Shown here one piece after another: positions 25,892-35,295 of a stretch of 64,000 bases of DNA. Under the pieces are notes generated by a model. It saw only the letters and a program-made list of their open reading frames with translations. It was not told the origin of the DNA and did not search any database. The translations under genes were made by a program, and so were the position numbers. Within the stretch, counting starts at the first letter, position 1, and each line of letters begins with the position of its first letter. Source of the stretch: Gemmatimonadota bacterium (GTDB lineage: Bacteria > Gemmatimonadota > Gemmatimonadetes > Gemmatimonadales > GWC2-71-9); contig JADJOM010000001.1 in the NCBI GenBank assembly GCA_016713785.1, positions 841,816 through 905,815 of the forward strand, read 5' to 3'.

Positions 25892-27118
25892 TCACGTCCG
25901 GGCCGCCCCCAGACCCGCGGTGCGCCCGGTGGCCCAGGCCCACGCGAAGTTGTAGCCGCCGATCGGGCCGAACGCGTCCAGGACCTCGCCGGCAAAGTGC
26001 AGGCGCGGCACCCGGCGGCTCTGCAGGGTGGCCGGATCCACGTCACCCAGCGCCACGCCGCCCCCCGTCACCTCCGCCTTCTTGTAGCCCTCGTCCCCGG
26101 TCCAGGGGAGCGGATAGCGCGCCAGCCGCTCCACCAGCGCGCGGCGGTCCTCGCGACGCAGCTGGGCCAGCTGGGTGTCGGCAGGGATGCCGCACTCCTG
26201 GAGGAGGACCTCCGCCAGGCGAGCGGGGAGCTCTTCCTGCACTCGCCGCAGGACACCCTGGGCGGTGCGGGCAGTCAGACGCGCCTCCCACGCACCGGCG
26301 TCGAGGACGCCCCACTGCACCGTGACGCGGGCCCGGCCGGGACCGTCGCGGTACTGGGCGGGGAGGTGCGAGATGTCGAGCACCGCCGGCCCGCTGTACC
26401 CCCGGTGGGTGAAGAGAAACCCGCCCTGGGCGCGGGCCACATGATCGCCGGCGCGCGCCTCGATGGTCACGTCGAGGGAGAGGCCGGACAGCGCCGCATG
26501 GGCGGCGGGCTGCGCCAGCAGCGGGGTGAGCGCGGGATAGGTCGGCACGAGGGCGTGCCCCAGCTCGCGGGCCAGGCGGAGCCCGAAGCCGTCACTGCCG
26601 GTCGCGGGCACCGACAGGCCGCCGGTGGCGATCACCAGTGCCCGCGCCTCCAGGCTCCGGCCCGAGGCGCTCTCCAGCCGCCAGCCGTTGGGTGCCGGTT
26701 CGGCGCGGGCGAGGGTCCACCCGAAGCGGCACTCCGCCCCCGCGGCGCGCGCGGCCTCCACCAGCCGGTCGCGCACCTCGCGCGCGCGGTTGGAGGCGGG
26801 AAAGAGCTTCCCGCTCCCGGCCTCGAGAGCGAGCGGCAGGCCCAGGTCGCCCTCGAAAAAGGCCCGCTGCTCGCGCAGCGGCCAGGCGGCGAGGAGCCGC
26901 CGCACCAGGTGCGCCGGGGCCGCGGAGACGAAGCGCGCCGGATCCAGCACTGCGGGGAGGATGTTGCACCGCCCCCCGCCGCTGATCAGGATCTTGCGGC
27001 CGCCATCGGCGGTGCCGTCGACCAGCACCACGGGCCCGCCGGCCCGGGCGGCGTGGATGGCCGCCATCAGACCGGCGGCGCCGGCGCCGACGATTACCAC
27101 CGGCCGGTCAGTCGCCAC
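25892..27118 (-). CDS. HI0933/BaiN-family NAD(P)/FAD-dependent oxidoreductase
   Basis: GTG 27118 (VATDRPVVIVGAGAAGLMAAIHAARAG Rossmann motif). GGRKILISGGGRCN. C-terminal FAGEVLDAFGPIGGYNFAWAWATG. The rest of track ORF 25892..28735 is antisense to the lyase gene. Confidence 0.85.
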   Translation of the reverse strand: MATDRPVVIVGAGAAGLMAAIHAARAGGPVVLVDGTADGGRKILISGGGRCNILPAVLDPARFVSAAPAHLVRRLLAAWPLREQRAFFEGDLGLPLALEAGSGKLFPASNRAREVRDRLVEAARAAGAECRFGWTLARAEPAPNGWRLESASGRSLEARALVIATGGLSVPATGSDGFGLRLARELGHALVPTYPALTPLLAQPAAHAALSGLSLDVTIEARAGDHVARAQGGFLFTHRGYSGPAVLDISHLPAQYRDGPGRARVTVQWGVLDAGAWEARLTARTAQGVLRRVQEELPARLAEVLLQECGIPADTQLAQLRREDRRALVERLARYPLPWTGDEGYKKAEVTGGGVALGDVDPATLQSRRVPRLHFAGEVLDAFGPIGGYNFAWAWATGRTAGLGAART

Positions 27119-27235
27119 GGGCGGGCAGTGCGGAACGGAGGGACAGGACGCGGTGTCACGTGGGCTGGAATATGCCGGATCGGGGCTCCCGCCTCCATAT
27201 TTCCTGTCTGGCCCCCACCCGAACCGGAAACGCGG

Positions 27236-28618
27236 ATGTCCATGAAGACGATCATCGAGCCGTTCCGCATCAAGTCCGTCGAGCCGATCCGCCTGACCAC
27301 CCCGGCCGAGCGGGAGGAGCGGTTGCGGGAGGCCGCCTACAATGCCTTCCTGCTCCGCTCGGAGGACGTGCTGATCGACCTGCTGACCGACAGCGGCACC
27401 TCGGCGATGTCGAGCGAGCAGTGGGCGTCGCTGATGCGTGGGGATGAATCGTACGCCGGCAGCCCCTCGTGGTACCGGTTCGAGAAGGCGGTGCAGGATA
27501 TCTTCGGCTTCCAGCACGTGCTCCCCACCCACCAGGGGCGCGCGGCGGAGCGGATCCTCTTCTCGGTGCTCTGCAAGCCGGGCGACGTGGTGCCGAGCAA
27601 CACCCACTTCGACACCACCCGGGCGAACGTGGAGTTCACCGGGGCCCGCGCCGTGGACCTGGTCATCCCCGAGGGCCGGCAGCCGCAGGCGGTGCACCCC
27701 TTCAAGGGCAACATGGACGTGGCGGCGCTGGAGCGGCTCATCGCCGAGGTGGGGCGCGAGAAGATCCCGCTGTGCATGCTGACGGTGACCAACAACAGCG
27801 GGGGCGGGCAGCCGGTGTCGATGGCCAACATCCGCGCCGTGTCGGCGGTGTGCCGGGCGCACGGCATCCCGCTGTACATCGACGCCTGCCGGTTCGCCGA
27901 GAACGCCTACTTCATCAAGCTGCGCGAGGCCGGCTACGCGGACCGCTCGCCGCTGGCGATCGCGCGGGAGATGTTCTCCCACGCCGACGGCGCGACGATG
28001 TCGGCCAAGAAGGACGGCCTGGCCAACATCGGCGGGTTCCTGGCCAGCAACAACGCGCAGGTGGCGGTGCAGGAGCGCAACCTGCTGATCCTCACCGAGG
28101 GCTTTCCCACCTACGGCGGACTGGCGGGCCGCGACCTCGAGGCCATCGCGGTCGGGCTGCACGAGGCGCTGGCGGAAGACTACCTGCTCTACCGGATCAC
28201 CTCGACGACCTACCTGGGGCGGCACATCTCCGAGGCCGGCGTGCCGATCGTGCAGCCGCCGGGAGGCCACGCCGTGTACATCGATGCGGCGGCGCTCTTT
28301 CCCCAGATCCCGCCACACGAACTGCCGGGCCAGGCCCTGGTGGTGGAGCTGTACCGGGAGGCGGGCATCCGGGCGGTGGAGATCGGGACGGTGATGTTCG
28401 GCCGGCGGGACCCGGCCACGGGAGCGGAGACGACCGCCCCGATGGAGCTGGTGCGGCTGGCCATTCCGCGGCGGGTCTACACCCAGAGCCACATCGACTA
28501 CGTGGTCGAGGCCATCCTCAACGTGTACGCCCGCCGGGCCGCGGTGCGCGGCTACCGGTTCGTGGAGCAGGCGCCCTTCCTGCGGCACTTCACCGCGCGC
28601 TTCGCTCCGCTGGGCTGA
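27236..28618 (+). CDS. tnaA: tryptophanase / tyrosine phenol-lyase family beta-eliminating lyase (more TnaA-like motifs)
   Basis: ATG 27236 (MSMKTIIEPFRIKSVEP). DLLTDSGT, PTHQGRAAE, FDTTRAN, GGQPVSMANIRAV, RFAENAYFIK, PLP-Lys MSAKKDGLANIGGFL, EGFPTYGGLAGRD, LRHFTARF. The TnaA versus TPL call is not decidable by eye. Confidence 0.85.
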   Translation: MSMKTIIEPFRIKSVEPIRLTTPAEREERLREAAYNAFLLRSEDVLIDLLTDSGTSAMSSEQWASLMRGDESYAGSPSWYRFEKAVQDIFGFQHVLPTHQGRAAERILFSVLCKPGDVVPSNTHFDTTRANVEFTGARAVDLVIPEGRQPQAVHPFKGNMDVAALERLIAEVGREKIPLCMLTVTNNSGGGQPVSMANIRAVSAVCRAHGIPLYIDACRFAENAYFIKLREAGYADRSPLAIAREMFSHADGATMSAKKDGLANIGGFLASNNAQVAVQERNLLILTEGFPTYGGLAGRDLEAIAVGLHEALAEDYLLYRITSTTYLGRHISEAGVPIVQPPGGHAVYIDAAALFPQIPPHELPGQALVVELYREAGIRAVEIGTVMFGRRDPATGAETTAPMELVRLAIPRRVYTQSHIDYVVEAILNVYARRAAVRGYRFVEQAPFLRHFTARFAPLG

Positions 28619-28630
28619 CCGGCCGGCGGC

Positions 28631-28658
28631 CGCCCGGGAGGCCGGGGCCTCCCGGGCG
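28631..28658. terminator. bidirectional GC hairpin (12-bp stem, 4-nt loop) between convergent genes
   Basis: CGCCCGGGAGGC-cggg-GCCTCCCGGGCG, read directly. Lies between stops at 28618 (+) and 28666 (-). Confidence 0.55.
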
Positions 28659-28665
28659 GGCTCCG

Positions 28666-29577
28666 CTAGTGGCTCAGCGGCAGCGAGAGCAGCGGCGCGT
28701 TGCCGCCGGCCACCTGCGGCATCTTGCCATCCCACCGCTTGGCGACCTCGTACTGCACCAGCGTGCCGGTGATGCTCTCCGCCAGCAGCCGGTTGGCCCG
28801 GGCCTGCGCCTCGGCCTCGGCCAGGATGGCCTTGGCCCGGCCCGCCGCCTTGATGGAATCTCCCTGCGCCTCGTACCGGTTCTTCTGCAGCTCGTTCTCG
28901 GCCGTGAGGGCCTGCTGCTGCATCACGTTCTTCTGGTTGATCGCCTCCATCACCGCCGCCGGCGCCCGCAGCTCGTTCAGCGTGAACTGCCGCACCAGGA
29001 TCCCGTACGTCGCCAGCCGCTCGGTCAGCAGCGCCTGCACCCGGGCCACCACCTGCGCCTTCCGGGGCCCGATGATCTCGGCGATCGGCTCGCTCCCCAC
29101 CACCTCCTGCAGCGCCTGCCGGATCGACTGCTTCACGTAGGTGCGCTGGATCGCCCCGATGTCACTCCGGAACGTGGTGTACAGCTCCGGCACCCGTGCC
29201 GGGGCCAGCTCGAACGACATCGAGACGTCGAGCGACAACGGCTGCCCCTCCACGCTGTTGACGTTGATCTCGTCGTTGTGCGGCGATCCCTCCACCACCG
29301 ACTGGGTGAGGATCAGGGTCTGCATGTACGTCGGGTACTCCTCGATCCCCGTGGTGAGCGGGTTGCGCAGGTGGAATCCCGGCCCGAGCGGTGTCGGGTC
29401 GACCCCGCCGCCCGCGCGGTGAATCACGATCCCCACGCTGCCCGGATCCACATACGTCACGCACGAGGGCACGGTGGCCGCCACCAGGAGCAGCAGCAGC
29501 CCCAGGCCCAGCAGGGTCGCGAGCGCGCCCCCGCGCTCACCCGCCCGGCGGACCCGCCCTTCATGACGCACCGACAT
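28666..29577 (-). CDS. SPFH/band-7 (prohibitin/HflC-like) membrane protein
   Basis: N-terminal TM (ALATLLGLGLLLLLVAA). SPFH core (VDPGSVGIVIHRAGG, GFHLRNPLTTGIEEYPT, coiled-coil Ala/Glu-rich C-terminal half). Confidence 0.85.
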   Translation of the reverse strand: MSVRHEGRVRRAGERGGALATLLGLGLLLLLVAATVPSCVTYVDPGSVGIVIHRAGGGVDPTPLGPGFHLRNPLTTGIEEYPTYMQTLILTQSVVEGSPHNDEINVNSVEGQPLSLDVSMSFELAPARVPELYTTFRSDIGAIQRTYVKQSIRQALQEVVGSEPIAEIIGPRKAQVVARVQALLTERLATYGILVRQFTLNELRAPAAVMEAINQKNVMQQQALTAENELQKNRYEAQGDSIKAAGRAKAILAEAEAQARANRLLAESITGTLVQYEVAKRWDGKMPQVAGGNAPLLSLPLSH

Positions 29578-29827
29578 CGTTCATCGCCTCCTCGAAGGAC
29601 TGTGGAATGGCCGTCCCGCCGCTCTTCAGGCGGACGGGACACTCGGGAGCCTGCCTCCCGTGAATCACGCATGGATGGCTGGAGCGGCGAGCGGCCGCGC
29701 GGTGGTGACGGGCCTGCCGCCACTGGAGCCCCGGTGGCGACCGGCGCCACGCCCGCGTGAACACCGCGACCGCCGTCGCAACCAGGGTTGCGACGAGGAC
29801 CACGATCTCCAGCAGGATGGCGAGCAT
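29561..29827 (-). CDS. possible small membrane protein upstream of and overlapping the SPFH gene
   Basis: ATG 29827. One clear TM helix (MLAILLEIVVLVATLVATAVAVF). GC3-rich frame. 17-nt overlap with the SPFH start. The Arg-rich remainder makes it uncertain. Confidence 0.35.
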   Translation of the reverse strand: MLAILLEIVVLVATLVATAVAVFTRAWRRSPPGLQWRQARHHRAAARRSSHPCVIHGRQAPECPVRLKSGGTAIPQSFEEAMNDVGAS

Positions 29828-29880
29828 CGGTGCGCCCGATCGGACCGGGGCGTTCGGAAAGAGGTGACGGGGACGTACGG

Positions 29881-29915
29881 GGCATCGCCCCGGCGGTTTC
29901 CGCCGAAGCGATGCC
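29881..29915 (-). terminator. compound hairpin downstream of the 30006..30524 gene
   Basis: GGCATCGC-cc-CGGCGG-ttt-CCGCCG-aa-GCGATGCC, read directly (8-bp plus 6-bp stems). Confidence 0.4.
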
Positions 29916-30005
29916 GAAGGCAGGGGAAGCGAATCCCCCCGCGGCGGTTAGCCCGCGCGGGCGGAGCCGCGCGTCAGGCGGCGACGTTCCGGGCCGCTAC
30001 GTCGA

Positions 30006-30524
30006 TCAGGTCCGGCGGCGATACAGGCCGTCGAAGGACACCTGCCAGCTCTGGCCGCCGTCGCTGGACGTTTCCCAGAGCTGCCGCACGGTGCCGTCGG
30101 CGTTGGGCGTGAAGCTGAGCCGCTGCGACTGCGGCCGGCCGTCGGGACCGGGCGCCGTGCCAAGCAGTGTCAGGCGGCCCTCCGTGAAGCGGCCCGCGAG
30201 CTGCAGGCCGTTGCCCTGGTTGTCCACCCAGACCTGATGCCACTCGCCGGTGCCGCGATCGTACCAGTTGAGGCTCTGGCCCGTTCCGCCCCGGGAGCCG
30301 ACCCAGTGCTCATGCAGCAGGCAGCCGTCCTCCTCCAGCGTGATCTCGTTGGTGCCAGCGGCGTTGCCGCCCACGGTCACGTCCCAGCGCCCGAGCCAGA
30401 AGTCGAACTGTCGTTGGGACGCCTCCCCGCAGCCGAAGGCGGGCGCGGCATTCTGGGCCCCGAGGGCGGCGGGGAGGAGCCCGAGCAGCAGGACGAGCGT
30501 CAGCCGGCGGATGGGGCGGCGCAT
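30006..30524 (-). CDS. secreted hypothetical protein (DUF1579-like beta-rich fold, tentative)
   Basis: Signal peptide MRRPIRRLTLVLLLGLLPAALGAQ. FDFWLGRWDV...EWHQVWVDNQGN...TVRQLWETSSDGGQSWQVSFDGLY. Confidence 0.65.
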   Translation of the reverse strand: MRRPIRRLTLVLLLGLLPAALGAQNAAPAFGCGEASQRQFDFWLGRWDVTVGGNAAGTNEITLEEDGCLLHEHWVGSRGGTGQSLNWYDRGTGEWHQVWVDNQGNGLQLAGRFTEGRLTLLGTAPGPDGRPQSQRLSFTPNADGTVRQLWETSSDGGQSWQVSFDGLYRRRT

Positions 30525-30627
30525 GAGGCACTCACGATGTCGGGGTGGGACCGGGGCAGGTGCCGCGGCAGGCGTCCCCTACGGGCGTGGCCCCGGCGCC
30601 GGTTTCGGCCGGGCGGGACGTCGCGTT

Positions 30628-32031
30628 CTAGAACTGGAAGTAGAGGAAGGGGCTCGGCGACGCGAAGCGCAGGATGGCGAGCAGGAACACCACGGCGAGC
30701 GCGGCGCCCGCGAGCCGCCCGCGTGGCAGGCGCCAGTGCCAGGGATCGGGAACCCACCACGCGATGGCGCATCCGACCGAGAGCAGGGCCACCACCGTGG
30801 GCACGCCCAGCAGGTCGACGTTGCCACCCTCGCCCGCCGGACCGAGCCCACCGAGGCGCATGAACAGCAGCCCGGCCTGCGGAAGGTCGGCGGCGCGGAA
30901 GAGCACCCAGCCCAGCGACACGGCGAGGAAGGTGGCCGCCATGGCCAGCGCCGGCGAGCGCGGCCCCCACCCGCGTTCGCGAAAGACCGCGTGCCCCGCC
31001 AGCAGGGCCCCGTGATAGAGCCCCCACAGCACGAAGGTCCAGGCGGCGCCGTGCCAGAGGCCGCCGAGGAGCATCACCAGCACCAGGTTGCGGAGGGTGC
31101 TCAGCCGCCCGTGCTGGTTGCCGCCCAGCGGGATGTAGAGATAGTCCCTGAGCCAGAAGGAGAGCGACATGTGCCACCGGCGCCAGAAGTCCGCGATGTT
31201 CGTCGCCTGATAGGGGGCATCGAAGTTCTGCGGGAAACGGAAGCCGAGCAGCGCGGCCAGGCCGATGGCCATGTCGCTGTAGCCGGAGAAGTCGAAGTAG
31301 ATCTGCAGGGTGTAGCCGAGCAGCGCGACCCACGCCTCGAGGGTGTCGAGCAGCGGGATCCGGCTCCAGAGCGGCGCCACGATGTGCGCCGCGATCGGGT
31401 CGGCGAGCAGGACCTTCTTGGCCATCCCCACGACGAGGAACCAGATGCCGAGGGCCCACAGCGCGCGGTCGGGGCGGCGCCCGAGCCGCGCGAACTGCGG
31501 TGCGAGGTCGGCGTAGCGCACGATGGGACCGGCCACCAGGTGGGGGAACATCGCCACGAAGGTGGAGAACTCGAGGAGGCTCCGCGCGGGCTGCAGCCGG
31601 CGGCGGTAGATGTCGATGGTGTAGCTGATCGAGTTGAAGGTGTAGAACGAGATGCCCACCGGCAGCACCAGGTGGAGCAGCGGCAGGTCCAGCGGGGCCC
31701 CGAGCACGCGGCCCAGGCCGTTCAGGCTGCCGGCGAAGAAGTCGTAGTACTTGAAGACCCCGAGGATCCCGAGGTTGAGCGCCAGCAGCAGCACCAGGCA
31801 GGCACGACGACGCCCTGGCGCCTCGGTGCGGCCAAGGTAGGCGCCCGCAGCGAAGTCGGCGGTGGTGGAGACCAGCATGAGCGGGACGAAGCGCCAGTCC
31901 CACCAGCCGTAGAAGAGGTAGCTGGCGAGGGTGAGCAGGCAGAGCCGGCTGCGGACCCCGGGGAGCAGCCACCACCCGAGCAGCACCGCCGGGAGGAAGG
32001 CCAGGACAAAGACGTAGCTATTGAAGAGCAC
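30628..32031 (-). CDS. MBOAT-family membrane-bound O-acyltransferase (AlgI/DltB-like)
   Basis: MLFNSYVFVLAFLPAVLL N-terminus typical of AlgI/DltB. Multi-pass membrane protein. Conserved FWRRWHMSLSFWLRDYLYIPLGGN with catalytic His. Confidence 0.9.
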   Translation of the reverse strand: MLFNSYVFVLAFLPAVLLGWWLLPGVRSRLCLLTLASYLFYGWWDWRFVPLMLVSTTADFAAGAYLGRTEAPGRRRACLVLLLALNLGILGVFKYYDFFAGSLNGLGRVLGAPLDLPLLHLVLPVGISFYTFNSISYTIDIYRRRLQPARSLLEFSTFVAMFPHLVAGPIVRYADLAPQFARLGRRPDRALWALGIWFLVVGMAKKVLLADPIAAHIVAPLWSRIPLLDTLEAWVALLGYTLQIYFDFSGYSDMAIGLAALLGFRFPQNFDAPYQATNIADFWRRWHMSLSFWLRDYLYIPLGGNQHGRLSTLRNLVLVMLLGGLWHGAAWTFVLWGLYHGALLAGHAVFRERGWGPRSPALAMAATFLAVSLGWVLFRAADLPQAGLLFMRLGGLGPAGEGGNVDLLGVPTVVALLSVGCAIAWWVPDPWHWRLPRGRLAGAALAVVFLLAILRFASPSPFLYFQF

Positions 32032-33073
32032 AGGGCTCCGGCGCGCCCAGCACGCGCTGCACCACCCGCGCCGCGACCGGGGCGAGGAAGTGGATGCCGT
32101 CCACGTAGTCGCCGGCCAGCGCGCTGTCCACCAGCCCGTCCATCGGGACGTAGCGGAGCAGCCCCTCCCGTTCGAGGCTGCGGAGCAGCAGCACCGTCTC
32201 CTCCGTGCGCTCGCGCCACGCGGTGCTCGCCGCGGCGCTGGCGAAGTCGGGATGCACCGGCGGGATGAAGGCGATCACCTGCCGGCCATCGCCCCGCGCC
32301 TCGCGCAGGAACTGCCGGAGCCAGCTGAGCCGCATCGGGTCGAGCCGGCCAAAGGACTCGTACCGGGCGAGGATTCCCGGCAGGGACGCGCGCACGGCAC
32401 TGGCCGCGTCGAAGCGGCCGGCGGCGCGCGCCGCCTCGATACGCGGGTAACGCTGGCGGCCATCCGGCTCGAGAACGGCCTCCGGAGGTCCCGCCGGTTT
32501 CCGTACCGCCGCCCAGGCCGACTGCAGCGCCCCCTGGACCGCCTGCCATCCGAGGAGGTCGGCCGCGAGCGTGACATCGGTCGCGGCCGGCTCCTCCGGC
32601 AGGAGCGGCGCGAGGCTCCGGCTCAGGGTGAGGGGCCGGTGCGGGCCCGCGCCAGGCTGGAGCAGCTCGGGCTCGACCCCCACGAGCAGGGTCGTGGCGC
32701 CGCCGGGCGCGCGTGCCCGCAGGTAGCGCCCGATGGCCACCAGGTCCTGGGTGGCGGCGCCGTTCACCGCGAAGTTGAAGGCCGGCCCACCCCCGAGCGC
32801 GGTCACGCAGGCCGGCGGCAGCGTCTTGGAACGGGACGATCCGAGGATCACCACGCGCGGGGGCGCGGGGAGCGCCCGGAGCATCGCGGCCTTCTGGTCG
32901 CGGTCCGCGCTCACCGCGGGAGGCAGCAGCCCGGTACCAAACCGGCCGACCGGATCCACCAGCACCACCAGCGCGGCCACGAGGGCGAGCAGCGCCAGGA
33001 GGGTGGCCAGGAAGCTCCGGAGGAAGGGCCCGTCGTTCGGGGAAGGATCCGGGGCGGCGTGCGGGTGGGTCAT
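32018..33073 (-). CDS. membrane-anchored SGNH/DltD-like partner of the MBOAT protein
   Basis: ATG 33073 (MTHPHAAP...). TM FLATLLALLALVAALVVLV. Ser motif VVILGSSRS and C-terminal DGIHF (D-x-x-H). Its 3' end overlaps the MBOAT start by 14 nt. Confidence 0.7.
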   Translation of the reverse strand: MTHPHAAPDPSPNDGPFLRSFLATLLALLALVAALVVLVDPVGRFGTGLLPPAVSADRDQKAAMLRALPAPPRVVILGSSRSKTLPPACVTALGGGPAFNFAVNGAATQDLVAIGRYLRARAPGGATTLLVGVEPELLQPGAGPHRPLTLSRSLAPLLPEEPAATDVTLAADLLGWQAVQGALQSAWAAVRKPAGPPEAVLEPDGRQRYPRIEAARAAGRFDAASAVRASLPGILARYESFGRLDPMRLSWLRQFLREARGDGRQVIAFIPPVHPDFASAAASTAWRERTEETVLLLRSLEREGLLRYVPMDGLVDSALAGDYVDGIHFLAPVAARVVQRVLGAPEPCALQ

Positions 33074-33137
33074 GCGCCGAAAAGTAGGGACGGCGCCCCC
33101 GCTCCGCGCCTGCCCGGCACCCATCTACCTTACGGCC

Positions 33138-35225
33138 ATGACCAACCGCCTCGCCGGCGCCCGTTCGGCCTACCTGCAGTCCGCCGCCCACCAGCCGATC
33201 CACTGGCATCCCTGGGAGCCGGAGGCCTTTGCGCGGGCCGCGGCCGCGGACCGGCCCGTGTTGCTCGACATCGGGGCGGTGTGGTGCCACTGGTGCCACG
33301 TGATGGACGGCGAGTCGTACGAGGACCCCGCCCTCGCGGAGTTCCTCAACGAGCACTTCGTCTGCATCAAGGTGGACCGCGACGAGCGGCCGGACGTGGA
33401 TGCCCGCTACCAACGGGCGGTGCAGGCCATCGTGGGCCAGGGCGGATGGCCACTCACCGCCTTCCTGCTGCCGGACGGGCAGGTCTTCTATGGCGGCACC
33501 TATTTCCCGCCGGATGGCAAGTACGGTCGCCCGGGCTTCCGCGCGGTGCTGGCCCAGGTGCTCCACGTGTACCAGACCCAGCGCGACCGGGTGCTGCAGC
33601 AGGCGGACGCGCTGCGTCGCGTGCTGGCAGAGCACCTCGACGAGGCCGCGCCGGGCGCGCCCTCGGTGGCGCTGCTCGCCGAGGGCGAGGCGGCGATGGC
33701 GCGGCTGTTCGACCCGCAGCATGGCGGCTTCGGCGCGCAGCCCAAGTTCCCCCACCCGGTGGCGGTGCGCTTCCTGCTCAACCGCTGGAGGGACACCGGC
33801 GCCGCGGCCCCGCGGGATCTCGCCGAGCACACGTTGGTGGCCATGCAGCTCGGTGGCATCCACGACCACCTCGCGGGGGGCTTCCATCGCTACGCGGTCG
33901 ACGCCCGCTGGGTAGTGCCGCACTTCGAGAAGATGTCGTACGACAACGCCGAGCTGCTCCGGGCCTACGTCGAGGGGCACCTGGCGCTGGGGCACCCAGG
34001 GTTCGCGGCCGCGGCGCGCGGCACCATCCGCTGGGTGCGGGAGGTGCTGGCCGACCCGGAGGGCGGGTATGGCGCCAGCCAGGACGCCGACGTGGGCCTG
34101 CACGACGATGGCGACTACTTCACCTGGACGCTGGAGGAGGCCCGCGCCGCCATCGGCGATGACGACCTGCTAGCGGTCGCGGCCGCGTGGTATGACATCG
34201 GCACGGCCGGGGAGATGCACCACAACCCCTCGAAGAACGTCCTGCACGTCACCGAGCCGCTGACCGGGATCGCCGCGCGGCTGGGGCTCGACGGCCCCGA
34301 GGCGGCCCGCCGGCTGCATGCGGCCGAGGACCGGCTGCGGGCCGCGCGGGCCCGGCGGCCCGCGCCGTTCGTGGACCGGGGCCGCTACACGGGGTGGAAC
34401 GGCATGCTGGCCGGGGCGCTCCTGGTGGCCGGGGCGGCGCTGGCGGAACCCTGGGCGGTGGAGCACGCGCTCCGTACCCTGCGGCGCCTGCGCGCCGAGC
34501 AGGCCGACCCGGCCGCGCTCCGCCACGCCCCCGGGGGCGTGGGCGGCCTGCTCGACGACCAGGTGCAGGTGGCGCTGGCGGCCCTCGAGGCGTTCGAGGT
34601 GACCGGCGAGGCCGAGTGGATCGACTGGAGCGGCGCCATCATGGAGCGGGTGTGGCGGGACTACCGTGACCCGCTGGGGGGCGGGTTGTACGATACCGCG
34701 GAGCGGGACGGGCCCGGCCTGCTCCCCACCCGGGCCACCCCGGTCCAGGACGCGCCGACGCCCTCGCCGAATGGCGTGGCCGCCCTCTGCCTGGCCCGGT
34801 TGCATGCGCACACCCAGGCCCCGGAGTGGGCGGAACGGCGGGACGCGCTGCTCGGCGCCTTCGCCGGGGCCGCCCCGGCGCTCGGCATCTACGGCGCCAC
34901 CCTGCTGCTGGCGCTCGACTGGGCGGTGCAGCCGGCGGCGCACCTGGTGATCGTCGCGGGCGAGGGACCCGAGGCCGAGCCGCTCGCGGACGCCATGCAC
35001 CGCGCCGCGCTCGCCACCTGGGTGCCTCGCCGGGTGGTGCGGCGGGTGCGCCCCGGCGACCTCGACCCGGCGGCCACCCCGCCCGCGCTCCGCGCGATGC
35101 TCGCCGCCGGGGGCGGCACCCGGGGCTACGCCTGCGTGGGCGCGACCTGCCAGCGGCCGGCCACCGACCTCGCGGGGTGGCGGGCGGCGCTGGCGGCCAT
35201 CGGTGGCCCGGCCAGGGGCGATTGA
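33138..35225 (+). CDS. thioredoxin-domain protein of the DUF255/YyaL (SPATA20-like) family with (alpha/alpha)6 domain
   Basis: ATG 33138 ([26 protein letters not shown]). [62 protein letters not shown]. Confidence 0.9.
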   Translation: MTNRLAGARSAYLQSAAHQPIHWHPWEPEAFARAAAADRPVLLDIGAVWCHWCHVMDGESYEDPALAEFLNEHFVCIKVDRDERPDVDARYQRAVQAIVGQGGWPLTAFLLPDGQVFYGGTYFPPDGKYGRPGFRAVLAQVLHVYQTQRDRVLQQADALRRVLAEHLDEAAPGAPSVALLAEGEAAMARLFDPQHGGFGAQPKFPHPVAVRFLLNRWRDTGAAAPRDLAEHTLVAMQLGGIHDHLAGGFHRYAVDARWVVPHFEKMSYDNAELLRAYVEGHLALGHPGFAAAARGTIRWVREVLADPEGGYGASQDADVGLHDDGDYFTWTLEEARAAIGDDDLLAVAAAWYDIGTAGEMHHNPSKNVLHVTEPLTGIAARLGLDGPEAARRLHAAEDRLRAARARRPAPFVDRGRYTGWNGMLAGALLVAGAALAEPWAVEHALRTLRRLRAEQADPAALRHAPGGVGGLLDDQVQVALAALEAFEVTGEAEWIDWSGAIMERVWRDYRDPLGGGLYDTAERDGPGLLPTRATPVQDAPTPSPNGVAALCLARLHAHTQAPEWAERRDALLGAFAGAAPALGIYGATLLLALDWAVQPAAHLVIVAGEGPEAEPLADAMHRAALATWVPRRVVRRVRPGDLDPAATPPALRAMLAAGGGTRGYACVGATCQRPATDLAGWRAALAAIGGPARGD

Positions 35226-35295
35226 GCTATCCCCCCCACGCCCTTATTCTCCCCGTCGACGACGCCGTCCACTCCTCCCCCTTCCATCCCGGACC

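Noticed and set aside
25997-27235. N-terminal 413 codons of the 873-aa plus-strand ORF 25997..28618
   Set aside because: They are antisense to the HI0933-type oxidoreductase. Lyase homology begins at MSMKTIIEPFRIKS (27236).
27119-28735. Upstream two-thirds of the 947-aa minus-strand ORF 25892..28735
   Set aside because: This part is antisense to the tryptophanase-family gene. Only the last 408 codons (25892..27118, starting VATDRPVVIVGAGAAG) have flavoprotein motifs.
31722-34162. 793-aa minus-strand (31722..34103) and 713-aa plus-strand (32021..34162) ORFs
   Set aside because: Both overlap, antisense or out of frame, the MBOAT, SGNH-like and thioredoxin-domain genes. They are Arg/Pro/Gly-rich with no motifs.
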